Below are positions 7,385 through 15,405 of a stretch of DNA of 15,503 nt, one piece after another (within the stretch, counting starts at the first letter, position 1; the number at the start of each line of letters is the position of its first letter). This DNA is from a virus (Duplodnaviria > Heunggongvirae > Uroviricota > Caudoviricetes): positions 1 to 15,503 of IMG/VR virus record IMGVR_UViG_2579778894_000014; one strand, 5' to 3'. Position numbers and translations under genes: made by a program. The notes beneath the pieces are model-generated. The model saw nothing but the letters and a program-made list of their open reading frames with translations, was not told the origin of the DNA and made no database searches.

Positions 7385-7420
7385 TACGATACCGCATAAT
7401 TAATGCATTTTCTAATACCA

Positions 7421-7432
7421 GCTCTTTAACAA
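7421..7432 (+). promoter_or_regulatory. boxA-like antitermination element in the early-left leader
   Basis: GCTCTTTAACAA matches the rrn/lambdoid boxA core (UGCUCUUUAACAA) as I recall it, about 30 nt downstream of the predicted transcription start. Confidence 0.45.
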
Positions 7433-7577
7433 ACAGAACCGCGTGACAGGTAAGCCGCAGTGCTCCTGGCAAAACGAAATAGCACCCGATGGGATCGAGG
7501 TAAGCGCCGAGTCCGTATGCGTACGGTAAGCGTAGAGGACAACACCGCGACGAACTGATAAGTCACGCAAGTTGAAA

Positions 7578-7606
7578 CGCCCCGATGATGGGGCGCTTAG
7601 TTCCTT
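7578..7606 (+). terminator. Hairpin with weak U-tract (possible leader terminator or pause site)
   Basis: CGCCCC-GATGAT-GGGGCG (6-bp stem) followed by CTTAGTTCCTTT. Confidence 0.3.
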
Positions 7607-7698
7607 TAACTCTGGGTGACCGGAAGGGTACCCATGCTTAAAGAAATTACTGGTTGTAAGGATCGTAATCCGTGATTGCCTTCCCCGGATTTTCATCT

Positions 7699-8217
7699 TC
7701 AGAAGGCAGTCGGGCCTCTAAAGCATTTCGGGTTGAACAGATAGGAAGCCCTACAGTACGAACAAACCATATTAACGACTCGCCCAAGGCCTGGCTTAGT
7801 AACCAGACCTTCCGCTTGCAATATAGATTTTCTCTTTTGCTCGTAGCAATTGGGACAAATATAAACCGGAGATTGGTCAGCATCTGCAGAAAGCTTGCTG
7901 CGATAGACCAGAGTACCCCGCATAGGCTGGTAAAGTTCATAGCTCGCCGCTTCAGCGGCCCAGTTCTCTTGCTTTACTTTCTCATTTTCCAGTTCAACAA
8001 TTTTCTCCTTAGCCGCAATCAGCAGCTCCTGAAGCGACATTTGCTGCATCTGAACATCCATTAGCTTATCGAGTAAGATGTGCGTCTTCTCTTTAACTGC
8101 ATAGTCGACAGTCAGATTCTGAATCTCTCTTGCTGCTCCAACCGCGCTTTTAATTGCTCCTCCCACACCGGATAACGATTCAGTTATCCGGGAAAGAATT
8201 CCTTTTTCTTCAGACAT
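7699..8217 (-). CDS. Hypothetical coiled-coil protein with C-terminal zinc-ribbon (CPNC...CSYC); cI-adjacent accessory gene
   Basis: 172-aa ORF on the strand opposite to the early-left transcript. Central heptad-like region (LQELLIAAKEKIVELENEKVKQENW) and C-terminal CxxC...CxxC. GAGAGA SD-like sequence upstream. Its promoter region carries two direct repeats ACTGTAGGGGT at 8234-8244 and 8268-8278. Confidence 0.65.
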   Translation of the reverse strand: MSEEKGILSRITESLSGVGGAIKSAVGAAREIQNLTVDYAVKEKTHILLDKLMDVQMQQMSLQELLIAAKEKIVELENEKVKQENWAAEAASYELYQPMRGTLVYRSKLSADADQSPVYICPNCYEQKRKSILQAEGLVTKPGLGRVVNMVCSYCRASYLFNPKCFRGPTAF

Positions 8218-8356
8218 ATCTAATCTCTCTCAAACTGTAGGGGTGAAGAGATATTAGACGATTTCTCACTGTAGGGGTACAAGGAGAACCACCTCGCCTG
8301 ATGTGGTTAAAAGCAGGCACTCGATGATATCCATGTAATTGCTGTGTGTAGTCTTT

Positions 8357-8382
8357 GCCCGCCGCAAGTGACGGGCTTTTTT
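8357..8382 (+). terminator. Intrinsic terminator on the plus strand upstream of the early-left genes
   Basis: GCCCG (8357-8361), 10-nt loop, CGGGC (8372-8376), followed by TTTTTT (8377-8382). Confidence 0.45.
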
Positions 8383-8420
8383 ATGTCTGAAAGCGCACTC
8401 GCAACAGCGTGCTCCCCGAT

Positions 8421-8591
8421 ATGAAAAAAGGAATACAACCGATGAAACCTGAACACATCCATCGACTGACGGGGCGCGATGTTCTCCGTTATCGCCGTAA
8501 AAACTTCGATTTGATGACCGGTCTGGCCGTTGCCACTGCGCTCGGTCTGATCATCACTTTCATTCTCCTTGTAGCGAGGACCACAGTATGA
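8421..8591 (+). CDS. Small membrane protein (single C-terminal TM helix)
   Basis: ATG at 8421 (the track used GTG at 8409); an alternative in-frame ATG at 8442 is preceded by AAGGA. C-terminal hydrophobic segment LAVATALGLIITFILLVA. Stop overlaps the next ATG (ATGA), suggesting coupling. Confidence 0.5.
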   Translation: MKKGIQPMKPEHIHRLTGRDVLRYRRKNFDLMTGLAVATALGLIITFILLVARTTV

Positions 8592-9490
8592 GTTTAGAAA
8601 CCAGTCTAGAACTTAATAATCAACTTCTGGCACAACATAATGCGCTGCTTGAACGTCTTATCCGCACAATGGCATCAGGTATTGTTATGCATCCTGACAC
8701 GATTTCACGAGTGCAGGAATGTCGGGATACAGCAACTGAAACTGAAAATATGTCAGCGGCAATGACACTGGATGATCTGGAGTTCAGCGACGTTATCGCA
8801 CTGGCTGGTTTCTACCCGGTAGCCACCCCTATCACAGAAGATATGCTGCAACGTGCTGTTGCCTACCGTGATGCTGAAGGCGATAAACGAGTAGTTCAGA
8901 TTGATGCTCTCGACAGCGCATTGCAGGGCGTCAAACGAGCCAGGGCGCTGCTTAAACCTGCTCTCCTGGACCTGTCCCGTAACATCCTTAAGTTCTGGGA
9001 CGACCTGCCAACCATCGGCGAGCGACGTGCTTTTGCCGAGCAGCTACTTGATGCACCTGCAGATGGGCGTGATGAAGTTAAGCCGAAAAAGGCCAGTAAC
9101 AAAGATGGAGAACGCACGGGGCCGTTTTACGTCAAAAATGTATCCGGCACAGCAGCCAGTGAACTCCACACCTTACGCAAGTTGAACGAGATGCTTAAAA
9201 AAGGCCATATCGAGATCAACCGTGTTGAGTACCTTCAGCTGCAGGAAGAATTTGCACGCAGAGACGCAGCAAATTCCAGCCAGAATAATGACGCCAAAGA
9301 TGACCATACAATTGATTTCGCGGCACTACGCAAACAAGCTGAAGGGTTGATCCTCCAGTTAGCAAAAGGGGGCTACCGGGCAGAAGCTATTGCAATTCTG
9401 GAAAAACAGGGAGCCAGGAAACTTGGTGAAGTAACGGATGAAAATCTCGCTGAAGTAATCACCCTGGCTGAAAAAGCACTGGAGGGTTAA
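8588..9490 (+). CDS. Hypothetical protein
   Basis: 300-aa ORF, translationally coupled to the flanking genes. Acidic, helical-looking composition. No family recognised. Confidence 0.7.
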   Translation: MSLETSLELNNQLLAQHNALLERLIRTMASGIVMHPDTISRVQECRDTATETENMSAAMTLDDLEFSDVIALAGFYPVATPITEDMLQRAVAYRDAEGDKRVVQIDALDSALQGVKRARALLKPALLDLSRNILKFWDDLPTIGERRAFAEQLLDAPADGRDEVKPKKASNKDGERTGPFYVKNVSGTAASELHTLRKLNEMLKKGHIEINRVEYLQLQEEFARRDAANSSQNNDAKDDHTIDFAALRKQAEGLILQLAKGGYRAEAIAILEKQGARKLGEVTDENLAEVITLAEKALEG

Positions 9491-9492
9491 TC

Positions 9493-10794
9493 ATGCCAGA
9501 CGTTCACGCACAACTTTCTCCATCATCAGCGCATCGATGGATGCGCTGCCCAGGAAGTCTGGCGCTGGAGGCCACACAACCGGATAAAGAAACAACTTTT
9601 GCAATCGAGGGCACTACAGCGCACGCGCTTGCTGAAAAAGTTCTACGAAACAGGCAAAGCCACCCGGAACACTACGCCGGATGCAATGTTTCTATGTTTC
9701 TCGGCTCATACCCCCTTCGCGAAAATCCTGATGATACATCTGGCCCACAGGTGGATGATGAAATGGTCGAAGCCGTCGGCCGGTATGTTGATACGGTCTG
9801 GACTCTTGCACAGAATAATGAACTATTGGTTGAACAACGTGTTGATTTCTCACATATAACGGGTGTGGAAGAATCTTTCGGAACTGCCGACGGCATAATC
9901 ATCGCTGGTAACGAATTACAAATCCACGACCTGAAATATGGCAAAGGCGTCCGCATTGATGCAGAACAAAATGAGCAACTACAACTGTATGCTCTGGGTG
10001 CTCTCGAACAATTCAGCATGCTGTATGACTTTGAGACTGTAAGATTATTTATTCACCAGCCAAGGCTCAACCACGTTTCAGAATGGTCGTTAACCGTACA
10101 GGAACTTCAGTCTTTCGGTGAACGGGCACTGGAGGCCGCAACCAGTGCGATCCTTGTTCTCAATATTGCTGAATGCGAAGGCATTGAGACACTACCGCTG
10201 GAAAACTTCATACCTGGAGAAAAACAGTGCCGCTTCTGTAAAGCAAAAGCTATTTGCACTGCCCAGAAAATGCAGCATTTACAAACAGCGGCCAGCGATT
10301 TTGAAGATCTGACAAAGCCTGTCAGCGAAATAATCACCAATGCCAGCGCACGTGTACCTCTGTTAACCATTGAGCAGCTTGCAGAGATCTATAGCCAGGC
10401 CGACTTTATTGAATCCTGGCTAAAGGCAGTACGGGACCGGGTTCACGATGAACTCAATGCCGGACATCCGGTACCGGGGTTTAAACTGGTAACAGGAAAA
10501 CAAGGTAACCGGGCCTGGAGTGATGAAGAGGCAGCTCGCGCACTTCTGAAGGACCAGTTCAGGTACAAAACTGAAGAAGTATTCGACTTTAAACTTATTA
10601 GTCCCACAAAAGCCGAAAAACTTATCAAAAAGGCCAGTCCGCGCCGTTGGTCAAAAGTCGAGGCACTGATAACACGAGCTGATGGAAAACCCACCGTCGT
10701 TCCCGAGTCAGACCCACGCCCCGCACTCAATATCAACCCTGTAAATGATTTCGACGACGTATCCGACGATACGCTAACCGCAGACCTCATCTGA
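9493..10794 (+). CDS. PD-(D/E)XK nuclease, DUF2800-like (Cas4-like phage exonuclease)
   Basis: 433 aa. N-terminal [14 protein letters not shown] is characteristic of DUF2800 proteins as I recall them. [23 protein letters not shown] fits a D...D-x-K nuclease core, and the [10 protein letters not shown] cysteine cluster is Cas4-like. GGAGGG SD upstream. Confidence 0.75.
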   Translation: MPDVHAQLSPSSAHRWMRCPGSLALEATQPDKETTFAIEGTTAHALAEKVLRNRQSHPEHYAGCNVSMFLGSYPLRENPDDTSGPQVDDEMVEAVGRYVDTVWTLAQNNELLVEQRVDFSHITGVEESFGTADGIIIAGNELQIHDLKYGKGVRIDAEQNEQLQLYALGALEQFSMLYDFETVRLFIHQPRLNHVSEWSLTVQELQSFGERALEAATSAILVLNIAECEGIETLPLENFIPGEKQCRFCKAKAICTAQKMQHLQTAASDFEDLTKPVSEIITNASARVPLLTIEQLAEIYSQADFIESWLKAVRDRVHDELNAGHPVPGFKLVTGKQGNRAWSDEEAARALLKDQFRYKTEEVFDFKLISPTKAEKLIKKASPRRWSKVEALITRADGKPTVVPESDPRPALNINPVNDFDDVSDDTLTADLI

Positions 10795-10809
10795 TTTAAG
10801 GAAATACCC

Positions 10810-11358
10810 ATGAAACTGAAGCTGAACAATGTTCGTCTGGCCTTCCCGTCTCTGTTTGAAGCTAAAACTGTAAACGGCGAAGGCGATCCGCGTTTCTCCG
10901 CAGTATTTTTAATGTCTCCCAAACACCCACAACTGGAAGAAATCCGTAAAGCTATGAAGCAGGTAGCGAAGGAAAAATGGGGAGAGAAGTGGGAGCCCAT
11001 TTATAACCAGCTGGAGAAAAAACTCAATCTGTGCCTGCATGATGGTGATGAAAAAGCAGAGTATGAAGGCTTCCCCGGTAATTTCTTCCTGAATGCTGCT
11101 AACAAAGCGCGCCCAGCTGTTCTTGATCGCGATCGTTCGCCACTTATTCAGGCTGACGGACGTCCCTATGCAGGGTGCTATGTAAACGCCGTTATCGATA
11201 TCTGGGCACAGGACAATAATTTCGGTAAACGCATTAATGCCTCACTCGGCGGAGTCCAGTTCCTGCGAGACGGCGATGCATTCGCTGGCGGCGGAGTGGC
11301 AAGCGCTGACGATTTCGACGATATCAGCGAAGGTGCTGATGCTGAAGCACTAATTTAA
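10810..11358 (+). CDS. DUF2815-like phage protein (proposed ssDNA-binding protein)
   Basis: 182 aa. N-terminus MKLKLNNVRLAFPSLFEAK resembles DUF2815 family members, which typically pair with DUF2800 and a family A polymerase. Acidic C-terminal tail DDFDDISEGADAEALI. AAGGAA SD upstream. Confidence 0.7.
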   Translation: MKLKLNNVRLAFPSLFEAKTVNGEGDPRFSAVFLMSPKHPQLEEIRKAMKQVAKEKWGEKWEPIYNQLEKKLNLCLHDGDEKAEYEGFPGNFFLNAANKARPAVLDRDRSPLIQADGRPYAGCYVNAVIDIWAQDNNFGKRINASLGGVQFLRDGDAFAGGGVASADDFDDISEGADAEALI

Positions 11359-11373
11359 CCCTACTTCATAGAC

Positions 11374-11392
11374 GCCCGGTTAAACACCGGGC
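11374..11392. other. Perfect 7-bp stem-loop between convergent genes (possible factor-independent terminator lacking a U-tract)
   Basis: GCCCGGT-TAAAC-ACCGGGC, located between the DUF2815 stop (11358) and the stop of the reverse-oriented membrane gene (11411). Confidence 0.3.
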
Positions 11393-11410
11393 TACTGATT
11401 AGGCGTATAA

Positions 11411-12040
11411 TCACTCAGGAATCTTAATCTTTCTCAATTCTTTATTTAGTTCACAGATCTTTTTCTTAGACGGGAAAGTATCATACATCCAAAAACCAAC
11501 AGTCTCTAAAACTATTATCATAACCATATACACAAGATAATTTAAAAGGCCTTCATTTTGCCCTATGGAAATAATGCAGATAATAGAAAAAAGGGTAAAC
11601 AGCACAAAACACAGAAAGGAAAACAGACGACTAATAATAAATAAAAAACCTGAAAAATCAACATTAATAAAAAACACTCCGTTATCTTTCTCTATATAAT
11701 TCTGAAGCTTAATCAACTGATTTATATACTGTCTTTTTTCTAATCTATTGCAAATGTAAATAACATCTCTTCGGTTATAAGATGATTGCAATTTCAGCGC
11801 ATCACGAATAATTTTATCATTTATTCTTTTTTCTATGGCACTCTTATCCTCCTCATCCAGATAACGTTCATACTTAACTAAATATAAAATTAACTTCTTA
11901 ACATATTTAGGCTCTTTATACTTATAATTAAAAATGATCTTTCTTATCCAGACTCCCATAACAATCAAACATGAAAAAATATATCCAGCTATTTTCTCCA
12001 GATGCTCTGTATGGTCAATCAAGTATTGGATCATATGCAT
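11411..12040 (-). CDS. Membrane protein of unknown function in an AT-rich inserted segment (moron)
   Basis: 209-aa ORF on the opposite strand to the flanking replication genes. The segment ~11400-12080 is conspicuously AT-rich (roughly 30% GC by eye) against ~50-55% in the neighbours. Predicted N-terminal TM (IAGYIFSCLIVMGVWI), a Lys/Glu-rich middle region and 2 C-terminal TM helices (FLFIISRLFSFLCFVLFTLFSIICIISI; LVYMVMIIVLETVGFWM). Confidence 0.65.
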   Translation of the reverse strand: MHMIQYLIDHTEHLEKIAGYIFSCLIVMGVWIRKIIFNYKYKEPKYVKKLILYLVKYERYLDEEDKSAIEKRINDKIIRDALKLQSSYNRRDVIYICNRLEKRQYINQLIKLQNYIEKDNGVFFINVDFSGFLFIISRLFSFLCFVLFTLFSIICIISIGQNEGLLNYLVYMVMIIVLETVGFWMYDTFPSKKKICELNKELRKIKIPE

Positions 12041-12086
12041 AATTAATCTTTTAATCAGTTAATAGAATAAAAACCAAGGTAAACAC

Positions 12087-14150
12087 ATGTCCAATATACT
12101 ATGGGGCGACCTGGAAACCTATTGCGAAATCCCTATTACGAACGGTACCCATGCGTATGCCGAAGGCGTTGAAGTGATGCTTTTCGCATGGGCTATCAAC
12201 GACGGGCCAGTAAACGTGTGGGATATCACTGCCGGTGGTGGTATTCCACACGGCTTATACGAAGCAATCGCAGACCCTGAAACCCTGCTTTATTTCCATA
12301 ACTCTCACTTCGACCGCACCGTTCTGCGTTATGCAATGCCGCGCCTGGCACCGCCAGTCGAACGTTGGCGCGACACAATGGTGCAGGCGCTGGCGCACGG
12401 CCTCCCGGGGTCTCTGGGGGAACTCTGCGAAATACTCGGCGTCCCGCAAGACAAAGCGAAGGACAAAGAAGGTAAAGCGCTGATCCAGCTGTTCTGTAAG
12501 CCACGCCCGAAAAACAGCAAACTGCGTCGGGCCACCAGTAAAACCCACCCGGAAGAATGGCGGCGCTTTGTTGCTTACGCCGGACTGGATATCGAGGCAA
12601 TGCGCGAAGTCTATAAACGTCTGCCGAAGTGGAATTATCAGGGGACAGAACTGGCGCTCTGGCATCGTGATCAGCAGATCAACGACCGGGGCGTCTGCAT
12701 GGACATTCAACTCGCGCGCGCTGCGATCGAAGCGGTAGACCAGGAGCAAAAGCGCCTGGCAAAGCGTACACAGGAAATGACTGATGGCGAAGTGCAGGCA
12801 GCCACACAACGAGACGCGTTGATTAAGCACATTGTTGAATCCTACGGTGTGGAGCTACCAGACATGCAACGCAGTACTCTGGAACGTCGTATTGCCGACC
12901 CCGATTTACCATCTGCCGTGAAAGAACTGCTGGCTATCCGCCTGCAGGCCAGTACTACCAGCACCAGTAAATACAAGGCACTGATGAAAGGCGTAAGCCA
13001 CGACGGGCGCTTACGCGGTACGCTACAGTTCTGCGGGGCGTCACGTACCGGTCGTTGGGCCGGACGGCTATTCCAGCCCCAGAACCTTCCCCGCCCTTCA
13101 CTAAAACAGGAACAAATAGACGAAGGCATCGAAGCACTGAAAGCCGGATGTGCAGACCTGCTGTTTGACAATATCATGGAACTAACCAGTTCAGCGTTAC
13201 GTGGCTGCATTATCGCGCCAACAGGCAAAAAGCTGGTGGTAAGTGACTTGTCGAACATTGAAGGCCGTATGCTGGCATGGCTGGCGGGAGAAGAATGGAA
13301 ACTGAATGCATTCAGAGAGTACGACGCCGGAACGGGTCCGGACTTATATAAACTGGCGTATGCAAAAGCTTTCGATATTGCACCAGATGATGTTGATAAA
13401 CACATGCGTCAGATCGGTAAAGTCATGGAACTCGGTCTGGGTTATGGTGGTGGTGTGTCGGCCTTCATCACTTTTGCACTGGTTTACGGTCTCGATCTCG
13501 ACGAGCTGGCGAACGCCGCACTACCAAACATTCCCCGCGATGTTATCCGCGAGGCGAAAAGCTGGTACGACGAATCGGTTAAACGCAAGTCAACCTACGG
13601 GCTTTCTGAACGGGTATTTATCGCCTGCGACTCACTTAAACGTCTCTGGCGCCGGGCGCATCCCGCGACCTGTGATTTCTGGTACGAACTGGAGCGCACC
13701 GTCCGCACTGCAATCGCCACACCGCAAAAAACATTGTATTGCGGTTATCTTAAAATCCGCCGCGATGGCGCGTGGCTGCGCATACAGCTACCATCCGGAC
13801 GCGCTGTATGCTACCCGTCTCCGGTTATCGAAAAAGGGAATATCACCTACATGGGGGTTAACTCTTATTCGCGTAAATGGCAACGACTCAAAACCTACGG
13901 CGGAAAGCTGGTGGAGAACATCACCCAGGCGGCCGCCCGCGACATTCTGGCCGGAAACATGCCGCTTATCGAAGATGCCGGTTACAGCATTGTGCTGACG
14001 GTACACGACGAGGTGATCACCGAAGCACCTGACACAGAAGATTTCAACGATAAAGCGCTTTCCGCGCTTCTCTCCACTGACCCCGAATGGGCGCCCGATA
14101 TCCCACTGAACGCTGGCGGTTTTGAGGCGTACCACTACAAAAAAGATTGA
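12087..14150 (+). CDS. Family A DNA polymerase (PolA-like) with N-terminal 3'-5' exonuclease domain
   Basis: 687 aa. Exo motif WGDLETY near the N-terminus. Polymerase motif A ([20 protein letters not shown]), motif B ([16 protein letters not shown]) and motif C (VHDEV). Confidence 0.9.
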   Translation: MSNILWGDLETYCEIPITNGTHAYAEGVEVMLFAWAINDGPVNVWDITAGGGIPHGLYEAIADPETLLYFHNSHFDRTVLRYAMPRLAPPVERWRDTMVQALAHGLPGSLGELCEILGVPQDKAKDKEGKALIQLFCKPRPKNSKLRRATSKTHPEEWRRFVAYAGLDIEAMREVYKRLPKWNYQGTELALWHRDQQINDRGVCMDIQLARAAIEAVDQEQKRLAKRTQEMTDGEVQAATQRDALIKHIVESYGVELPDMQRSTLERRIADPDLPSAVKELLAIRLQASTTSTSKYKALMKGVSHDGRLRGTLQFCGASRTGRWAGRLFQPQNLPRPSLKQEQIDEGIEALKAGCADLLFDNIMELTSSALRGCIIAPTGKKLVVSDLSNIEGRMLAWLAGEEWKLNAFREYDAGTGPDLYKLAYAKAFDIAPDDVDKHMRQIGKVMELGLGYGGGVSAFITFALVYGLDLDELANAALPNIPRDVIREAKSWYDESVKRKSTYGLSERVFIACDSLKRLWRRAHPATCDFWYELERTVRTAIATPQKTLYCGYLKIRRDGAWLRIQLPSGRAVCYPSPVIEKGNITYMGVNSYSRKWQRLKTYGGKLVENITQAAARDILAGNMPLIEDAGYSIVLTVHDEVITEAPDTEDFNDKALSALLSTDPEWAPDIPLNAGGFEAYHYKKD

Positions 14151-14214
14151 TATAACTCACCTTATCGAGCTATGGCGACATGCTGAATTCGAGTAAATTA
14201 AAGGAACAATACTT

Positions 14215-14976
14215 ATGCAGGAACTAACTGAAATGCCGATCACCTATCCATACCCGAGAGAAACTTTTCCTGACTTTTTGAGGGAGTGTGGGTTCACCAA
14301 TTTTTCCCACGAACAGCGTGAGACTTGTGACTGCTATCGTTTAACGAATGGCGTAATTGTTAACCTTTACACCACCCGGACCATTCAGTTTCAAGGTAAC
14401 CCTCAAGAACGTCCCAATGTTGAAACTGCAATAATGACCCATTTAGGAACGCCGCCCACGGCAACACCACTAGCCGTAGAACAGCCATCTGAGCTCCCCA
14501 AAAAGATATTCATTGTTCACGGCCATGACCATACTGCAAAGGAGCAACTTGAGCTAATCCTTCATAAACTTGGATTACCAGACCATTTCATTTTGCAGAA
14601 TACGGGAGGGACTGGACTCACCATTATTGAAGAGCTTGAACGTGAAATTGGGCAAGGACAAACTGCTACCCGTTTCGGGATTGTTCTTTTGACACCTGAT
14701 GATATGGGATACTCAAAGCGCGCCGGTGAAGCAGAAATCCAACCCCGCGCAAGACAGAACGTTGTACTCGAGATGGGTATGCTTCTTTCGTCCTTAGGGC
14801 GCAGCAATGTAGCAATCCTTCAGAAACAGCACCTAGAACAGCCTTCTGATGCTAACGGGATTTTGTATCTGAATTTCAACGACCATGTACGTGAAACAGT
14901 TCCTCGTCTAGTGCAACGGTTACAAAATTCTGGTTTCGAATTTACACAAGCTCAAATAGCTAACGCTTCCTCGTAA
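14215..14976 (+). CDS. Two-domain protein: unknown N-terminal domain plus C-terminal TIR-like Rossmannoid domain (CAP12/PycTIR-type family)
   Basis: 253-aa ORF with AAGGAA SD upstream; last gene of the operon before a strong terminator. The C-terminal ~150 aa contains KKIFIVHGHDH, GGTGLTIIEELE, FGIVLLTPDD and NVVLEMGMLLSSLG, which I recognise as the pattern of prokaryotic TIR-like nucleotide-binding domains (conserved Glu followed by Gly). The N-terminal ~95 aa has no recognised family. Domain assignment is from memory, not a search. Confidence 0.6.
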   Translation: MQELTEMPITYPYPRETFPDFLRECGFTNFSHEQRETCDCYRLTNGVIVNLYTTRTIQFQGNPQERPNVETAIMTHLGTPPTATPLAVEQPSELPKKIFIVHGHDHTAKEQLELILHKLGLPDHFILQNTGGTGLTIIEELEREIGQGQTATRFGIVLLTPDDMGYSKRAGEAEIQPRARQNVVLEMGMLLSSLGRSNVAILQKQHLEQPSDANGILYLNFNDHVRETVPRLVQRLQNSGFEFTQAQIANASS

Positions 14977-14999
14977 TTACCCCTTATTGTTGATTACAA

Positions 15000-15023
15000 C
15001 CCTGCATCGCGGGGTTTTTTATT
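15000..15023 (+). terminator. Intrinsic terminator ending the early-left operon
   Basis: CCCTGC-ATC-GCGGGG hairpin (15000-15014) followed by TTTTTT (15015-15020) and ATTT. Confidence 0.6.
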
Positions 15024-15210
15024 TGGGAATAAAAACCCTATGTCATTTAAATACCGGGACAGTCCGCTTTATTACCGGACTGTGCGGGAGGCTTTGCACC
15101 TTGAACAGTCCGGCGGGTACGACCGGGCGATGCAGGTCTGGGCCAAAGCGAACGTCGGTTTGATTTTTGTCTGATGCAGAACATGCGCGAAAAGCGTAAG
15201 GAGGTGGACG

Positions 15211-15405
15211 ATGTCTAATATCGATAATAAGGGTTGGGGGTTCCCCGCTCTGTCAAAAAAAGCACATTTCTTTAATTCGGGGGAAGCCATATCACTATGC
15301 GGAAAATGGATGTTCATAGGTATCAGGATTGATGAATGGCATGACCATCCTGAGAACTGCGCTATCTGCATGAAGAAACGCAAAAAGCAGGAAGGCGAAA
15401 GCTAA
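15211..15405 (+). CDS. Small Cys/His-rich protein (putative zinc-binding), function unknown
   Basis: 64-aa ORF with a near-consensus SD TAAGGAGGT 6 nt upstream of the ATG. Contains C...H-x-H...C-x2-C (CGKW...WHDHPENCAICMKK) and a basic C-terminus. Preferred over the overlapping minus-strand 103-aa ORF. Confidence 0.55.
   Translation: MSNIDNKGWGFPALSKKAHFFNSGEAISLCGKWMFIGIRIDEWHDHPENCAICMKKRKKQEGES

Noticed and set aside
7441-7535. GGTAAGC repeats considered as a type III antitoxin RNA or retron-like ncRNA
   Set aside because: Only three 7-bp repeats at irregular spacing. No reverse transcriptase or ToxN-like gene in the correct orientation. Insufficient evidence; kept only as part of the structured-leader finding.
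7412-7696. 94-aa minus-strand ORF directly after the 172-aa gene
   Set aside because: Ser/Arg/Thr-rich low-complexity translation with no Shine-Dalgarno sequence. It overlaps the boxA-containing, hairpin-rich leader on the other strand. Looks like a chance frame through structured GC-rich DNA.
7647-8064. 97-aa minus-strand and 130-aa plus-strand ORFs overlapping the 172-aa gene
   Set aside because: Alternative-frame and antisense overlaps of the better-supported 172-aa ORF; low-complexity products.
8896-11000. Alternative-frame ORFs (8896-9185, 9599-10019, 10107-10370, 10443-11000) overlapping the 300-aa, DUF2800-like and DUF2815-like genes
   Set aside because: Embedded in or overlapping stronger co-directional genes with good ribosome-binding sites; low-complexity translations.
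12226-14135. Several 60-230-aa ORFs on both strands inside the DNA polymerase gene
   Set aside because: Overlap the motif-supported polA frame. Arg/Ala/Ser-rich compositions typical of off-frame translation of GC-rich coding DNA.
15072-15383. 103-aa minus-strand ORF overlapping the 64-aa Cys/His gene
   Set aside because: The plus-strand 64-aa ORF has a near-perfect SD with ideal spacing; the minus-strand frame has none.
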